Of a stretch of DNA of 64,000 nucleotides, positions 62,258 to 64,000 are shown one piece after another (position 1 is the first letter of the stretch; each line of letters opens with the position of its first letter). The notes under the pieces are model-generated. The model did not search any database and had not been told where the DNA came from. It worked only from the letters and a program-made list of their open reading frames with translations. Source of the stretch: an uncultured Kiritimatiellota bacterium (GTDB lineage: Bacteria > Verrucomicrobiota > Kiritimatiellia > RFP12 > UBA1067); contig CAKTZA010000001.1 of the NCBI GenBank assembly GCA_934635045.1, forward strand, positions 82,640 through 146,639, given 5' to 3'. A program made the translations under genes and the position numbers.

Positions 62258-63591
62258 TCCGCCCCCAGTGCGAGGCCGACCTTCGCGAGATCCTTCGCGT
62301 CGAGCGCGTAGACGGGATCGATCTCGATCGGCACGTCCTTCGGAACCGTCATGCCGATCTCGGCGAACCACTTTGTCCACTTCGCCCGCAGGTCGGCCTG
62401 GCACGTCGCGGGCGAGTCATTGCCCTCGGCGTTCTTGACCGGCGAGAACTCCTCCTTTTGGTCGAACGCGAGAAACGCCGCGCGCTTCGCCTTCGGCAGG
62501 ATGTCGAAGATGAACTTCTCGAACTTGTAGCCGTTAGGCTCCTTCGGCTGGACGACCTTGCCCTTCTCGACGAACGGAATCTTCTTGAACGCGAGGTGGA
62601 GCGGCATCGCCTTCGCGGCCTCGCGGGCGAGGAACGCGCGGTCGAAGACATGGATCGCTGGCGAGCCGTAGAGGAAGTAGAGCTTGCCGTCCTTCTCGCG
62701 CAGGCACTGCTCCTTCGTCATCTCGGTGTACTCGACCATGCGGAAGGTCTTGCCGAACTGCATCGGGATGCCGACCTTCTCGAACGGGTCGCGCTTCGCG
62801 CAGAGCTTGAGCGAATACTCCGACTTCTGGAGCACGTGGTAGCCGATGAACGCCGGGTCGGCGATCTCGACGAGCGGGTTGTCGACCTGGAAGAAGAAGA
62901 CGGACTTGATGCCGCGCGCGCGCATGTCGTCCAGCGCGCCCGAGCGACGGAGCGCCGCGAGCAGGCCACCGTGCCCGTCCGGGCTCATGAAGATGTGTCC
63001 GGGACGGTCGAGGATGATCTTGCCGTCCTTCGTCATGCCGGGCCACATGCCCTGCGTGAAGAAGAAGACGTTCTTCGGGTCGAGACCGAAAAAGTCGTTC
63101 TCCTCAAAGCACCGCTGCGTCGCCGCGTTGTTCGCCTCGCTCGTCATCACGTAGAACGGGATCGTCGCGCCGTAGCGGATCGACCGCGCGAGAATCTTGC
63201 GCGCGTGGAAGTAGAAGAGCGGCGCGCCGGTGATCGGGCCGATCGCGTAGCAGCCCTTCGGGCCGTCGTAGCCGAGACGCGAACCCTGCCCGCCCGCGAC
63301 GAGGAGCGCCGCGACGCGCCCGGTGCGCAGTTCCTTCTCGCCGGCGGCAATCGCCTTCTTCAGCGCCGCGCCCGACAGCTCGGCGACCTTCGGCGCCAGC
63401 CCCGTCGAGGAGTCGAAGCGGTCACCGCCCGTCTCCAGCGCCGCCGCGCACTGCTTCAGGCTCTTCGGCTCGATCGTCGCGATCTGCGCGAGCAGTTCCT
63501 TGCGCTCGTTCTTCGCGAGCCTCTTCCAATAGGCGAGCACGTGTTCCTGCCCGCACGACTTCAGCAGCCTCTCGGCCTCGGTGTAGTTCAT
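62254..63591 (-). CDS. UDP-sugar pyrophosphorylase of the UDPGP (eukaryotic UAP1/UGP-like) family
   Basis: 445 aa with ..LLVAGGQGSRLGYDGPKGCY.. and ..PDGHGG.. motifs. Confidence 0.8.
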   Translation of the reverse strand: MNYTEAERLLKSCGQEHVLAYWKRLAKNERKELLAQIATIEPKSLKQCAAALETGGDRFDSSTGLAPKVAELSGAALKKAIAAGEKELRTGRVAALLVAGGQGSRLGYDGPKGCYAIGPITGAPLFYFHARKILARSIRYGATIPFYVMTSEANNAATQRCFEENDFFGLDPKNVFFFTQGMWPGMTKDGKIILDRPGHIFMSPDGHGGLLAALRRSGALDDMRARGIKSVFFFQVDNPLVEIADPAFIGYHVLQKSEYSLKLCAKRDPFEKVGIPMQFGKTFRMVEYTEMTKEQCLREKDGKLYFLYGSPAIHVFDRAFLAREAAKAMPLHLAFKKIPFVEKGKVVQPKEPNGYKFEKFIFDILPKAKRAAFLAFDQKEEFSPVKNAEGNDSPATCQADLRAKWTKWFAEIGMTVPKDVPIEIDPVYALDAKDLAKVGLALGAE

Positions 63592-63617
63592 CGACTGGTC
63601 TCCTTGATCATGTTGAC

Positions 63618-63626
63618 ATTATACCA
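63618..63626 (-). promoter_or_regulatory. extended -10 (TGGTATAAT)
   Basis: Reverse complement of attatacca, ~27 nt upstream of the ATG at 63591. AAGGAG SD. It overlaps the 3' end of the upstream EamA gene. Confidence 0.5.
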
Positions 63627-64000
63627 TAAAGGGACGCCCTCTCGCCTCCAGCACGCCGGACAGGACGACGAACGCCGTGCCGAGCCACTGGAGCGGCGTT
63701 GCGGTCTCGCCGAGGAACAGCACGGCCAGCGCGACGGCGACGACCGGCGTGAAGTAGGCACTCACGCCGAGCACGGACATCGGCAGGTACTTCTGCGCAG
63801 CGTTCCACGTCCAGAACGGCAGAAGCGTCGAGACGAGGCCGAGCGTCGCCACGAGCAGCCAGGCCTGCACCGTCATCGGCCACGCGAGGTCAAGAAACGG
63901 CAGGAAGAGCCCAAGCGCCGCCGCGCCGACCAGCATCGTCAGCAGCGTGAAGAGCGACGAGCCGAGGCGCGCGATCGGCTCGCGTCCGTAGACGGTGTAG
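63619..64000 (-). CDS. EamA/DMT-family transporter, 5'-partial (runs off the window)
   Basis: TM-rich ..LLPFWTWNAAQKYLPMSVLGVSAYFTPVVAVALAVLFLGE..; the frame is open to position 64000. Confidence 0.7.
   Translation of the reverse strand, partial: YTVYGREPIARLGSSLFTLLTMLVGAAALGLFLPFLDLAWPMTVQAWLLVATLGLVSTLLPFWTWNAAQKYLPMSVLGVSAYFTPVVAVALAVLFLGETATPLQWLGTAFVVLSGVLEARGRPFMV

Overview
High-GC (about 65% by eye) bacterial chromosomal segment. Most genes are on the minus strand. Gene content suggests a PVC-group organism (Lentisphaerota/Kiritimatiellota-like), but this is inference only. All functions were assigned by reading motifs in the supplied ORF translations; no searches were run.

Contents: about 55 apparently intact CDS and 4 tRNAs (Leu-UAA, Asp-GUC, Gln-CUG, Leu-UAG).
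- Housekeeping: rplM-rpsI, DEAD-box helicase, ung, gap, pal-tatA-tatC-trkH, mutY, purB, argG-grpE-dnaJ, pstS / pstCA / pstB-phoU, rsmB.
- Sugar metabolism and transporters: PMI, PfkB kinase, NagB-like, SNF, 2x NhaC, amino-acid ABC, Mla-like.
- At least 9 decayed genes: hisA, two AAA_14-type ATPases, DUF2235, a VapC stub, an adhesin-like gene, MATE, HipA, and a 5'-truncated surface protein. They cluster in lower-GC accessory patches at about 5.3-8.0 kb, 15.6-17.4 kb, 26.4-28.5 kb, 33.7-34.3 kb and 36.3-40.4 kb.

Most notable observations:
1. A compact aryl-polyene-like lipid module (2 ACPs, membrane protein, N-terminally minimal AMP-ligase fused to a hot-dog dehydratase, LolA-like carrier, divergent GT2) with no ketosynthase, ketoreductase or exporter.
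2. A very regular promoter grammar: extended -10 TGnTAnAAT, often 6-10 nt from the ATG. This implies many leaderless mRNAs and re-assigns the purB start.
3. Arrays of an 8-bp unit (ATTCGAnn) that begin at stop codons in the NhaC/ABC operon, plus a 37/40-nt identical copy embedded in-frame, in the opposite orientation, inside rsmB.
4. Heptamer arrays, an all-frame stop trap and a relay of two mini-ORFs between grpE and an SD-less dnaJ.
5. Three near-identical Pho-box promoters in the pst locus, and a MITE-like inverted-repeat element.
6. An orphan HipB with three 20-bp palindromic operators spaced exactly 50 bp apart, next to a deleted hipA.
7. A QueD-family/Zn-ribbon gene followed in-frame, across a TGA, by 97 Cys-rich codons.

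No CRISPR array, rRNA, transposase or integrase was seen.
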